From Ptychomitrium polyphyllum (taxonomy: Eukaryota), in contig OZ316776.1 of assembly GCA_973851085.1 (NCBI GenBank), positions 8,804,001 to 8,868,000 of the forward strand: 64,000 bases of DNA, given 5' to 3'. The translations under genes and the position numbers were made by a program. Shown piece by piece: positions 1 through 13,492 of this stretch; positions within the stretch are counted from its first letter, which is position 1, and each line of letters starts with the position of its first letter. Under the pieces are notes generated by a model. The model did not search any database and was not told where the DNA came from. It worked only from the letters and a program-made list of their open reading frames with translations.

Positions 1-1500
1 ACACCCTCCTACATTCACTTCTTGGCCTGATTGTTCATTATCACCCAAAATTCCTGAAGCCCAAAAACCCTCCTTCGGAGAGATTGATTCATCAATTCAT
101 ATATTCAAAAACGACTCATACCTTATTCACTAGAGTTCAAAAAAGACGTCGCTCCCAACTTGGTTCTGACTTAGAAGGGCGAGCACGTTCTGGAGACAGG
201 AAAAACACATCGAAATGAACAAACGCGCACCTGGAGGAACCGTACGTTGGACAAAAATTGCACTCATAGTGAATATTAGTCGGCATTTCAACACATACAC
301 AAGCACCTGGTAAGCTTAATATACTACGACAGTATATTAGGCAAATACGAATGCTGGGATAAGCAGATATCAGCCATGCAAATAATAAACAGAAACAATT
401 TCAGGAATTAACGTTCTAATCACTGATGGGACACAACCGTAAACTTGGAACTCCACCTGCGCAAGTGTAACAACAAATCACTTGTACCTGTATCGACATA
501 ATTTCTGGATATCAGGAACCATATGATAGGGCACACCATGTCTCTGCCCACGATGATCTTAACTACTTAGAAACTTCCTTTAATCTTTCTTTTATAAAAT
601 ACCAAATCCCCCACCATACCCAAATAGATCATAAACACGAGAAGGTGAAATATATGCTTAACCCAGAAGAGAACATCCATCCGTTTCAAACAATTACGCT
701 GAAAAAAACCATAACAAAGCTACACACTCTCTTCAACCCGCAAGGCTCTATACTGGCTGCCAACAGGAACGGTTAAGCTAACGATCTGCTAATAAATGTT
801 CCCGATAACGACACTATACCTCTACGACTTCACATGCAAAAAAACTGCAGCAAGAGAACACCGCCAAGCTGTAGACAATCACGCTACCATCGTCAGAGCT
901 GCGCCCAGCTTCAGCGAGCGCCAATCTTTTTCTACTTTGATATGATGTTTAAAGCTTCAAAGTTGGTTCATTATTACGGTGAGGATACATGAAACTGATG
1001 ATGCCACATAATGCAACAACACGAACGATCAAAAGAAAAAACCCACGTCCCAATTGCTATCCCGCACACAACCGCCATCAAAAAACTCCCTAAACTCCCC
1101 CACAACCCTCCCAGGTGTGTTTACGAACTCAAGGTTTAGCTCGCAGATACCCTAAAGTGTATTCCAAGAAACACCACCACCAACTCGCACACAGCCAGAA
1201 CGAAAACCTCCCACCCAGCAATTGTTCGCATAGAATGCTGGCAGACCCAGTGCTCATACCGTACCTACCAGCAGTCTCCCGCTCTTCCAAGCTCCTCGAT
1301 CAACGCACCCCGTTTTCTTCAATGAACTCCCAGACCGCAACCTGGGTTAGCCGACTCTTGTCGCTGTTGCCGCACGATGAAGACGCAAACCGGAACCTCC
1401 TCGACGGTGAGCTTGAGGCCACCCAACTGCTCAATTAGCTGCTACCGGCGGACGGTTCCCCACCTCCGCCGCAATGCTCAGAGACGTTAACCTATGAAAG
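1..1500 (-). other. Possible spliced 5' leader of a divergent gene that runs off the left edge
   Basis: On the minus strand a GC-rich exon-like segment ends at TG|GTAGGTAC (donor ~1268). A T-rich, intron-like stretch follows, then a CAG| acceptor at ~54. No CDS was identified. Confidence 0.25.
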
Positions 1501-1708
1501 ACCTGCTTGCACACACAGATGAGAGATGCGTTGCGTGACAGTTTTCAGTGAGATTTCTCGAGGAGACGAAAGTTGGGTGCGAGGGTAACTGCGTCTGGCG
1601 AGTACCGATGGTGCGATTGTGGGCCGAGAGAGCGACGCTTCGATTGACAGCATGCGAGAAGCGTCAAGAGTCGCCACTCCGCACACATCCCGGCAGCCTC
1701 AAGAATCT

Positions 1709-1781
1709 CCCACGTCCCCACCCCACGTCCCCAACCCACGTCCAAAGCCTTTCTTGCTCCACGTGCCATGCTTTCCACGTC
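1709..1781. promoter_or_regulatory. Cluster of five ACGT-core (ABRE/G-box-like) elements
   Basis: CCACGTC at ~1710, 1723, 1736 and 1775, and CCACGTG at ~1759, in the spacer upstream of NRPA1. Confidence 0.4.
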
Positions 1782-2290
1782 TTGGACGAGGTCCGCTGGT
1801 CGAGACCAAACGAATGACCAAACACGAACATCTCCTTCCTCTGTTCATCCCCTCAACGCTTTTAGGACCTCCGCGCGGGAATAAGGGTTCGTCGCAGGTG
1901 ACCGGGCCCGAACGCCGTCGGACACCATCCCGCGCCTTGGATAACCGGACAGGGATGGTTGGAACGTGAAGCCCACCTCGAATACCACGTTCAGTAGGAT
2001 CTTCCGTTCACAACTCGGGATCCTCGTCCGATTCGCCATCGCATTCGTCCGATGGGACTGACCGGTGAGTGTGCGAGGGGCTCCATACCAACCACCGATA
2101 ATCGCCCCGTCCGTCCGTCTCCGGAGGGATGAATCGACGACGATCGTTGGAAGGTGCGAAACTACGTCATGAGACCAAGTTCCGAGGTTGAGGTCCCCTC
2201 TGACTGAAACCTTGAGTTTGGACCCTCGAGTGGGATGAAGATAGACGAAACTCTCATAGGTGGATGAGTTTCGTCCACTGAAGCTGAGCC

Positions 2291-2335
2291 CTAACCCTAG
2301 AGTGAGGCTTAAACCCTAGGGAAGCTTAAACCCTG
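2291..2335 (+). promoter_or_regulatory. Telo-box cluster upstream of NRPA1
   Basis: TAACCCTAG (~2292), AAACCCTAG (2311) and AAACCCTGA (2328), 75-120 nt before the ATG. Telo-boxes are typical of plant ribosome-biogenesis gene promoters. Confidence 0.55.
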
Positions 2336-2408
2336 AGTTGTGTTCCATCTGTTCCCTTGTGGTGGCCATGATTGTGCACAGCAAGCGTTGCTTGCGATTC
2401 TTGCAGCC

Positions 2409-5400
2409 ATGAGTCGTCTGCAAGGCCGCCCGGAGGTCAGTCTTACACAAACAGTTCCTTACAAAACCTGTAACTTGGACTTTGCACTGCAATGGCGGGT
2501 TTTGGGGTGTTGCCAGTGAGGTTAATGATTTTCTGGGTTTTCAGGTGGGTCTAGGTAGAGGGTTCGCGTTTTGAGTTTTTATGGACGAGGGAGAGGTCTT
2601 TGTTGTCTGGAATTTAGTGTATTGGGATATGTCTCTGTTTTGGTTGGTATTCTTTGGGGTTGAGTTGGGTTAGGGGTTTGGGTTTGGGTTTGCTGGTGAC
2701 TTTGAGCGGGTATTGATGAATTCTGAGTTTGTCGTCGTTTCAGGTGGTCACTAATTATGTGGAGGCAGTGGGGTTCTCCTTCTATACCGATGAAGAGAAG
2801 CATTTGATTAGTGTGAAGCAGATTACGAGCCCTGTGCTGTTCGACAATTTGAAGAATCCTGTGGTTGGGGGGCTTTATGATTCTGCACTCGGCCCATTGA
2901 ATCAACAATCAACGTATTTTTCTAACTGTACGATGTTTCTGTTGAGTGGAAGTTAACTTGTGTAGTGAATATTGCATTGTGTGAATTATCATATTGAGTG
3001 TGCCATTGCGGTGGTGGACTGCATTGGTTTTTGCAGCGATGCTGATCGTCAGCTTTATGGACGAATCCCTCGTACTTTGACTGGACAGTGTGATATTGAT
3101 GGTTGTCGTGCTTCTTTTCTGGCACGCAGATGTACGACATGTCGACAACCACAATTGCACTGCACAGGTCACTTCGGACATATCGACCTCACACTGCCTG
3201 TATACAATCCTCTGGTGTTCAAAGAACTCGTGAAGATTCTCAAATGGATTTGTGTTTTCTGCCATCATTTCAAAATGCACGAACAGCGGGTAAATTTCTA
3301 ACGTCAACATGAGAATTTCCTGGACGAAGGGAATTAAGAGGCCCGGTGACATTACATAGTTGTTGTCTGGAGTTGCAGTGCTTAATCATTGCCAGACTTT
3401 CAGGGTCATCACATTGCGAAATATCATGTTCAGGATTGTGAGATCCTAGGTTTTCTAATCCTCTCTCGAGGAACTATTTCGTTGTTTAAGTCTGTCTGCG
3501 TTTTGAGGTTATGATGTTCTGTTGCAGGTGGGTATCTTTGCAACAAAACTAGAGCTTATTGCCGAAGGCCGAATGGTTGAAGCTGCAAGAGTGCGACTTT
3601 CAAAATCAGACGATGAAGAAGATGCTGGGATAAATCTTTCAGATGAGGACGTGGAGACTGTCGCTAGCAATATATTAACGACTAAGAGTGGGAATCCCAG
3701 GACCCAATGGACTTCTACTCAGCTCGCAGCCGCTCGGACAGTCATTGCCCGATTCAAGGAAGATATGCCCAAAACCAAGTGTGAGAATTGCCTGGCTCAC
3801 GTTCCGGCTATAAAGCACTCTGGAGTGGGAAAAATATTTCAGGTAATATTAATGTGAAGCACTATTAATGTGGGTCAAGCATCTTTGTGCTTTGAGCTTC
3901 CTTAGCTTGTATGTTCTCACGGGTATAGTACAAACTTCATGCTTATGTGCTAAATGCAGGAACCACTGAGTGGCAGTTATCGCAGTAACAACATCATGCG
4001 AGGGATAAGAAATACCGTGACTTTGCGTAGCATCAGCAAAAAAGCCAGTACAGGTGATGAAATGGATGGTGGCGAGGAGGCATACAATGCTATGGACCTC
4101 GATGAGATTGACATGGACGCAGTTGATTCTAGTGCGCCATCTAAGAAAAGCAAGGGAGGGAAAGTCTCTAATTCAAAGTCCAGTGGTTTCAAGCTGGAAG
4201 ATTATGAGCTTTGGACAAAGAAGAGGTTTCTACATGCATCTGAAGTAAGCTTTATTTCCGCCTCCTTCGCTACATGCATTACTCTCTACATGTTATGGGG
4301 TCTGCTCATGTTGACTCGAAGGTAATAGATTTTGCACAAGATTCTCTACGGCGTTTATTGAGTTCACTAGGTGTCTTCCTTGTGACTTCTGAAGCGTGAT
4401 CATGATTATTTCTTTGCAGGTTAGAGAACACATCCGCTTAGCGTGGGAGACCGAGAAGAGGATTTGCTCCCTCGTTTGGGGTTTAGGCGAGATTGGTGGC
4501 CGTATGGGTCTAGATTCAACCGGGACATCCTTCTCGATGTTCTTCTTGCAGACCCTTTTAGTCACACCGAACAAGTTTCGGCCACCAAATATGATGAACG
4601 GCGATGTAAGCACCTTTTTGCATTGTTACCTTGATAGTGTGGTTGTTTGGTTTTTATGCTGCTCTTACACTTGCTCCTTTCTGTTTGCCCCACTGAAATT
4701 TTTCTTGAGTAAGAAGATCTTATATTGGTATTATATTCTTCACCAGTAGAAACGCAATCACTTGGTTGTGTTTTATATTGGTATTTCTATTTTGCAACAT
4801 ATTTATTCGTCTGCCATGGTCTAATTATTCTACTTAAGTTCGTTGTGATGTTGTTGTGTTGACTTTTGCAGGTTCTGGAACACCCGCAGAATGTGTTCTA
4901 TGGCCGGATTATTCGAGCCAACATCGCAGTAACAGAGGTTTCTAGGGGCAAGAAATTGGAGGATGGGTCCATACAGAAAATGGATGTTGGTCTAGCTGTC
5001 AGGCTGTGGTTAGGCTTGCAAAATGAAGTCTGTGCTCTTCTTGATAGTACCACCGGTACTCTCCTTCCTTAGCTCCTAGTTCCTGTCTATAAGAGCACAT
5101 GAAGATGATGAGACTTGCAAACTGAAATCTGTTAATAACAGCCGCTGGTATTTTAGGCATAGAGGTTGCAAGCAAAGAGATTAATTTTAGTTTGCTTCTG
5201 TGTTTGTGAATGTCTTAAGCAACTGGGCTTGGAAAGGATCAGCAAACTGGGGGCATCCGGCAACTGCTTGAGAAGAAGGAAGGACTATTTCGCATGAATA
5301 TGATGGGTAAGCGAGTGAATTACGCGTGCCGATCTGTAATTTCACCGGATCCCTACATAGCCGTGAATGAAATCGGTATCCCGCCTTATTTTGCGACACG

Positions 5401-8400
5401 CTTAACATACCCAGAGGTAACTATACTTTTCATGCTTATGGTTCAATCTACAGTGCCGCTTTCCTATCATCTAGAGAGAGCACAATACTTACATTGTGAT
5501 CCTTATGTGCAGAGAGTGACGCCGTGGAATGTGCACCAAATGAGAGAAGCAGTTGAAAACGGCCCTCAGGTGCACCCTGGTGCAACCCATGTAGAAGATG
5601 AAGAGGGAAGGATTATTGGGTTGGATAAACTTCCAAAGCACAAGCGGACGGCCCTAGCCAAAACACTCCTTTCAACTCCTGGAATGGCAGTTAGGGGTGC
5701 CAGTATTGACGGAAGCAGGTCGGTTGGAAAGACAGTATACAGGCATCTGCGAGATGGAGATGTTTTGCTGGTCAATCGCCAGGTAAAATGCTGGTCAAAC
5801 GTCCAAGCATGAATTGTATTTTGATGAGATTGAAATGTTTATTCTTGTCTTTGTCCTCCTTCCAATCGTAACATCTTTTCTTCTTTTGTTAAACAGCCAA
5901 CACTGCACAAACCAGGGGTGATGGCCCACAAAGCGCGAGTGCTGAAAGGAGAGAAGACTTTGCGTTTGCACTATGCAAACTGCAGGTTAGTCTAGTTGTA
6001 GCTAGCACGTCAAAAGTTGATAACAGTTGGGCATATAAGGTCTAGATACAATTTTCTTTCTAAGTCGCACAATGTTTATCTAGGTTCTTTTTTGCTTGCA
6101 TCCTCAATCCTTTACCTGCTACTGGAAATGCCTTTTCATGTGGATTCTGGGACCTTGGCTTGCAGTACATATAATGCAGATTTCGATGGTGATGAAATGA
6201 ATGTTCACTTTCCACAAGAGGAACTAGGACGTGCAGAGGCTTATGAAATTGTGAATGCCGACCAACAGTTTGTTGTGCCAACCAGTGGCGACCCGATTCG
6301 TGGACTTATTCAGGTTGATGATTCTTCTTATTGCTCTACTAGGTTTTGACGGTAATAATCATTTGTGTAGAGCTTTTTCTTAGTTACAATCAGATTCATG
6401 CTTGATGCACATGTTCAGCTGTCGTAAAGTTGGCCTAGTTTGATTCGTATCATTTTGTTTGCAGGACCATATTGTAAGTGCGACACTACTCACAAAGCGT
6501 GATACTTTTTTAAGTAAAGAGGAATATCATCAGCTAGTTTACTCAGCATGTGTTTCAATGAACGCTGCTAACTTCAAGCGAAAGAACAAGGGTGTTGCTT
6601 TGAGTGTTGTTGACCGAGAGCTCCCAATTATCCCTCTTCCTCCAGCTATCATGAAGCCTGAACCTATGTGGACTGGAAAACAAGTAAGAATCTCCTAGCA
6701 ATCTTGCTCTCTTCCGCAGCTAGATTTCATCTTGTTCACAAGCATCTCGTCATGTTGTTGAGCATTAAGTTTGTCATGCCATGTTCGATGGTCATATCTT
6801 CTGAAATGGTGTTTTATAAACTAAGTTAAGAGTTGTGAGTTGCATCTCTGCCAATGAGATAGGAGCTCCTCTGTTTCTTATTATGGCTTGGGAGATTTTG
6901 TGAGAACATGCTCAGCTAGAAGTTGGTGGCGTTACAGGTATTGACAACAGTTTTCAACCACGTGACTTTCGGATTGCCAAAATTCACTTTGAAAGCACCA
7001 ATCAAGGTCTCTGGAGATTACTGGGGCAAGAATAGTGGCGAGCTTGAGCTGATTGTGAAAGACAATGAACTTATCTGTGGAGTAATTGACAAGGCGCAAT
7101 TTGGAAAATATGGTATAGTACACACATTCCAGGAACTTTATGGACCTGGGATGGCTGGCCGTTTGCTTTCTGTTTTCAGTCGACTCTTCACTGCCTACCT
7201 TCAGGTGAGCATCATGGCTGAATGTCTTAAATTCTCTGAATGCCTTGTGTTTTATATCTTTTTTATGGTTAGTCATTTACATAGAAAGGAAACATTCTCC
7301 ATCCTAGATAGAGCATGTTTATGTATGCATTGTTAGAGTGGAATGGTGATGAGTGGCGCTCTTTATCAGCATTCCTTGATCATTTTGACCAGGAGTGCAC
7401 AGTATCGAGCACTAAATTTGCATTAAGATTGGGTTGGATTCTGTCAGCTTTACTTGGGGTTTACATTCCGATCTATGTAAGTCCACAGAAAAAAATGAAC
7501 ACTGCCTGTGTATTTTCCATAATGCAAAACAGATGCATGGATTTACGTGTGGATTCGGGGACCTTCTCTTAGTTCCTAAAGCTGAAAAGTCAAGGCGTCA
7601 TAAGCTGAAGGAAACCGATAATCTAGGCAACAAGATCAATGCTCGCTTCGTTGGTGTTGACGAGGATGGCGGTAAGTTGTCAATCTATGTTTCAATTATA
7701 TCTTTCATTATTTGTCTTCAAATGTACAGAAAGCCACAGATCTTTATGGTTACGGAAGGTTGGTGGACCGTGTGGCACAAGTACTTCTAACGTTTTTCGT
7801 TTTGGTCTACTGTAGTAGGATGATACTATGCTGCTGTTTGCATATTTACAGAAAGCACCAGTTGGTCCTCGTCTTAGTTTTTTCATGAGTGTCTTTCTTT
7901 CTTTAACCTTTGACGGTTTGATGGAAGCAGCGTTGAATTTGGAGGAGATTAGGGATGAAGTTGAGAGAAGAATGCAGAGCAAAGGAGAGACTGCAAGCGC
8001 ACGGCTTGATATGCTTATGACCAGTGCCCTTAACCGCATTACTTCTGATATTAATAATACCATTTTCCCTAAGGGCCTGATGAAACCTTTCCCCGCTAAT
8101 TGTCTTTCCCTGATGACCATTACGGGTGCTAAGGGAGGACTGGTAAGGCCCTCAGTCTCCTAATACATCCTGTGCCCAGCAGTCACTGTTACTAATCGCG
8201 CCTCCATAGTTCTTCATTATATGATTGTGTTTACACATCGTTTTTTATATGAAATATCTTTTTAAGGATGTTATGGTTTTGGCTTTGTATATGTGATTGC
8301 TAATTTTTACTACAGTTCTATGTTGTCCCCTACTCACGCATCACCATAATCTTGATTGCAGGTCAACTTCACACAAATCTCGTCGTTGCTTGGACAACAG

Positions 8401-11400
8401 GAGCTTGAAGGCAAGCGTGTGCCTCGTATGAGTTCTGGCAAGACGTTGCCATGTTTTCCTCCTTGGGATCCCAGTGCACGTGCAGGTGGCTTTATTGGAG
8501 ATCGCTTTTTGACTGGTCTTCGTCCACAAGAATATTATTTCCATTGTATGGCAGGCCGAGATGGGTATTGGACGTTGTCTTCCACTTTCGTTTAGCTATT
8601 AGTTTTTACCCCACATTTTTGAATTCACTGTTATTCAACTGGCTCATACTTCCACATAGTTTGAAACTTCCACTCTACATCAAACTAAAATCGTCACTGG
8701 TGAGAAAAATCATAAGTGAACATAAGCATCAGTAGATTAGGTTTCCGGCATATCTATGTTATTTGTATAGATACTGCAGTGGGCTTGGAGAGGTTGAACG
8801 ACTGCAACTTTCAGACAGGTTAAAAGTGTTTGTAGAGTTTTGGTAATATTGTTGAAGAACAACGCACTGATGTTATTTTGTTGAAATGCAGACTGGTTGA
8901 TACGGCTGTCAAAACCTCTCGAAGTGGTTACTTGCAAAGATGTCTTATGAAGAATTTGGAGTCCTTGAAAGTTCACTACGATTACACTGTCCGTGACTCT
9001 GATGGCTCGATAGTTCAGTTCCGTTACGGGGAGGATGGTATTGATGTGACAAAGACAAGCCATTTGTTAAAATTCGAGCTTCTGGCAACTGTAAGTTTGA
9101 TACTACCAATTTCTTCTTGGGAATTTGAACGTCTATTCACTTTCTTTTGAGAATACCCAAGCTTTGAGGATGCGCAGCCAGAGACACAGAAATGATTCGC
9201 TGCAAATCTGCAAATATTGAACTTCGCCTTTTTCAAAGGAGTTAGTAATTGTATGTAAGATTAAGCAATCATACTGCTGTATTATTATAATTTGTATATG
9301 ACAATAATTTCGCTGTGCCTTTGATACAGTTGGTGTGTTGATGTATATTTTGCAGAATCAAGACCTCGTCTCATTACGTCTTGGCAAAGATCATATGGAA
9401 CGGCCTAGACAACGTAACAAAAACCATAAACGCAAAGAATTTGAACACAAAGAGGATAATACAACAATAGAAAAATCACTTGAGGCTATGTCTGAGGCTT
9501 TTGAAAAGGAAGTAGAAGGGTTTATTGCTGGCAGTAAATCATCAGAGGCAGAGAAGAAACGCCTGCATCTTAGAAAGCACAAAGCTAGAGAGGATTTTCG
9601 ATATTTGATGTCGTTGAAATATGCCTCTAGTCTTGCACAACCTGGTGAACCAGTTGGATGTCTTGCTGCACAATCAGTTGGAGAACCTTCAACTCAGATG
9701 ACGTATGTAACTGTCTCGCCATTTTTTCCTTTTTGTATCGAAATCTGCTTGGATCCGAAGATTAGAGATACCGTTCCTTCAGATCTATGCTCTCATAATT
9801 AAATTGAAATCAATATGACGGGATGCTCGTTGTTAATTGAGTAGTTTTTTCCTAGTAAGACTTGGCCATATTGATATTTGAATATTTCTATGCTATTACC
9901 CGGTTCGCGTCCTTTTTGGTTTATGATGCATAAGTATGGGCTAAATCTCTGCTTTTCTGACTTTATGTTCAGATTAAATACTTTTCATTTTGCGGGGCGA
10001 GGTGAGATGAATGTGACACTTGGTATACCTCGATTGCGAGAAATTTTAATGACAGCATCAGCAGATATTTCCACGCCTATTATGACCTGCCCTTTGTTGC
10101 CTGGAAAAACCAGGTAAATTCTGAATTCGTTTTGAAACTGGTATTTTGATTTTTATTTCAGGAATCGCATGTTAAAGATTAAGTGGAAATTATCAGCGTA
10201 TTGCTAGTTATCTCATCTGCTATTAGACACTGTCATGTAGCTCTGCTACAGTTTTGGATTTCTGAAGGATGACTATATTATAGGACATCGTGAAAGTGAT
10301 TATGTGGATCCCTAGCAATTAAAGTTTGTTATTCATTTGAGGTGTCAAAACCCAAGGTTATTGGCGTGCCAAATGTGCAAACCAATTCCAGTTTGATTGA
10401 GTGCTAGTGTTTTCCTGATTAGTAAATCCTGTTGTTCATATTGGTGAATGGTTTTGTTTCTTCGCAGAGAGGATGCAGAGAGACTTGCAACCAAGTTGAG
10501 GAAGCTGCGTTTGATAGATTTACTAGAAAATGTGGAGGTTGGTGAAATTCCCTTCGCTGTTAAGAACGGTCAACCTTCTAAGATTTTCAAGGTGCGGTTG
10601 AAAGTCTATGAGCCTCACCGCTACCCGCCTCACTTAGATCTGACGTTTAACAATATTCAGGAAGTTGTGCGGGAACAATTTATACCAAGCCTGATGAAGG
10701 AGATGAAAAAATCCTTCCAGTCTAGATCTGGAAAGAGGAAAGAAGATATTATTCAAGTGGTTCAGGCCTCCCAATCAGGAGAAGGGATTGGAGCTGGAAT
10801 TGTTGATAACGGTATTTATACTTGGATTACACTTGCTGCATGTTTATTCCATCATCAATTCTTCTGTGTTAGTTGTTTATGCTTAGGTTAGTTTTAAACG
10901 TTTGCACGAAGTCTTCAGGACTCCCTTGTTCGATTTTCTTCATTTGCTCCAGCATTGATAATTGACTCAAGCAGAACTCTATAATATCCATGTGCTATGT
11001 ATTGAATATTTAGATTCTGTTCCAGGTGCTGAAGATGGAGAAGAACTGAAGAGGAAGAAGGGGATGGATGTGGAAGATGGGGAAACTCAGGAAGACGAAG
11101 ATGATGAAGAGGGTGGTGATGAAGAAGGTGCAGATGCTGAGAAGCGGAGAGGTCAAGATAACGATGAGAGAGGATACGATGACGATGTAGATGATGCTGA
11201 GAAAGAGATAGCTGAGGAAACTCAGAAAAAAGACCTGCAGGAACAGGTTTGATCTTTCTTGGATCATGAGACAAATAGAAATTGCATGTGCTTTCACATA
11301 TCCTTTGAATGTGTATAAGATGTGCCGAGGACCAAGATGATGTTTTCTTTGTCTTGATTACTGAAGGATGTTGTGGAACACTTATCAAGATACTTGAACA

Positions 11401-12648
11401 GGCTGTTGGTGGAGATGGAGATGATGCTCAGGAAGCAAACGAGAATGTAGATAGGGATCGATTATACGAAGATGAAGATAGAGCCGGGGATGCAGATATG
11501 ACACCCCGGAAACCAGATTTGCCGAGGAAAGATTCTGTGAAGAAAGGTTCCACATCCAACGGCCAATGGTCACAGAAAGAGGTCGATGGGGCAGATACTT
11601 TGACAGTTGATGGGACCGTGTTTGAGATGCAGTTTACTGTGAAATTGTCGACCCCCCATATAATCTTGGCTGAGGTGATCTGCTGACTAGTTACTGTCCA
11701 TTTCAAATTTGGTTCGTATAATGTTTCGTCTTGTTTCGGACGAAAATATTTGAATGGTGGAAGTTGTGATTTTGGTGTCTTTATAGATGTATGAATGTTT
11801 TGACTGTTTCGCACAATATTTATCAAATTTTCTTATGTGTAATGCGGGCACTTAAGTGAGGGTACAAATGAAGGAATGTAGGCTAATGATCAAAAGATGA
11901 AAAAATCTGACGAGTTGTATATTCGTGCAGATTGTGGAGAAGATTGCTTCCCAGGTGTCTGTGCGAGCAGTGACTGGCATTGAAAAATGTGCTGTGATTG
12001 ACTTTAAGGGAAATTCCGCTAACCCTGCATTGCAGACCGATGGTGTCAACTTTGAGGGTATATGGACGCTCTCTGACGACCTCGACCTCAATCAGCTGAC
12101 CACCAACAATGTGGCATCCATGCTAAAGGTGACCACTTCATGACTAGCTTTTGTGATTCTGTTGCTGCTGGTTGAGCAATGAGCATCTGTCATACACTAC
12201 CGAAGGGATTTTGACAGTTTTTATTGTTCTCAACTTTAAATTACTAGCCTCTTCTGTTTGTTTCGTACTAAATGAAGTGTCTATTAAATTACAGGTTTAT
12301 GGAGTAGAGGCATGCCGAGCCACAATTCTTTCGGAAGTACAGGCTGTGTTTGGGTCATACGGTATCTCAGTAAATCCAAGGCATTTGGCCTTGATCGCTG
12401 ACTTCATGACGTTTCAAGGTGGTTATCGAGCGTGTAACAGGTTGGGTATCAATTCAAGCCCGTCGCCGTTTCTGAAAATGAGCTTTGAAACAGCCACTGT
12501 ATTCCTGATGGATGCAACTCTGCAGAAGCATTCGGATTACTTGGAGTCACCTTCTGCGAGGATTGTTATGGGGAGAATAGTTGAGATGGGAACTGGTTCA
12601 TTTGATCTTTTACAGAATATTGATACCATGATAGCAACCCAGGGATAA
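2409..12648 (+). CDS. NRPA1: DNA-directed RNA polymerase I largest subunit, ~24 exons
   Basis: Exon 1 (2409-2435, MSRLQGRPE) joins ...[12 protein letters not shown], the Zn-clamp [41 protein letters not shown], catalytic [11 protein letters not shown] (~6170-6200), bridge-helix [18 protein letters not shown], trigger-loop [21 protein letters not shown] and C-terminal KMSFETA. GT-AG introns keep the frame. There is no heptad CTD, and the motifs are Pol I type. Confidence 0.97.
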
Positions 12649-13492
12649 ATGAACAAGATTCAGTTACTTCTAGACTTAGCAACCTCCACTTGCCTTCAGT
12701 GCCTCTCGCCATTGTGCAGCTGCCTCTCTTATTGAATCACATGGCAACGCCTTTCGTAGCTGGCAAAGAGATGGGTGACAGAAGAATTCCCCGTCGTGCC
12801 GGTTCTTACTAATCCTAAGATTGGACGTTTCGCAACCTTTGGGCAGTGGTGCAAACTGTTTAGTATATAAATGATCCTGTAGTGAGGAAAGAACTTGAGC
12901 TTTCTCTTCGCGTACGTCACAGACGCTGCAGTGTGAGAATTGTAATGTGAGAAACTCTACTCAGGACAGACGCAAGAGAATGAAGAAAACGCTTACGAGA
13001 AGTGAAAGGTTTCATGATCGGGCTGCTCCCTGTCTAGACTGCGGGAGAGTGCTATAGGCTGTTGAAATGTAGATTAGATCAGACGCAAAATAATGTTCGA
13101 GTGTTTAGACTAATTACAACTTCTGAACTTTCACTGCTCATGTGTAAGAGTCCACATGAGCTCAGAAATCCTTTGCGGTATTAATTAAACTGGATTAAAT
13201 CGAAGGGGAGCGCCGTATATATAAATTAGTATCATTGTTTTATTATAATTTTTGACACAAATGGGACAGTTTTTCCCATTTCGAAATACCATTAACATCA
13301 TTCTCTGATCATCTTTGGAGTAGATGTATGAGGTGTTTTAGCGTAATCAAACCGATCTTACAACCATTTGCAAATCCTAAGACACGCACATGTTGTAGCT
13401 TGTCTGTGCATCCTTTGAGTTTCCTACTGTGTGTATGGTACATATGAAAAGACCCAATATTAGAACGTGACTAGAATAGCGAATGAAAGATG

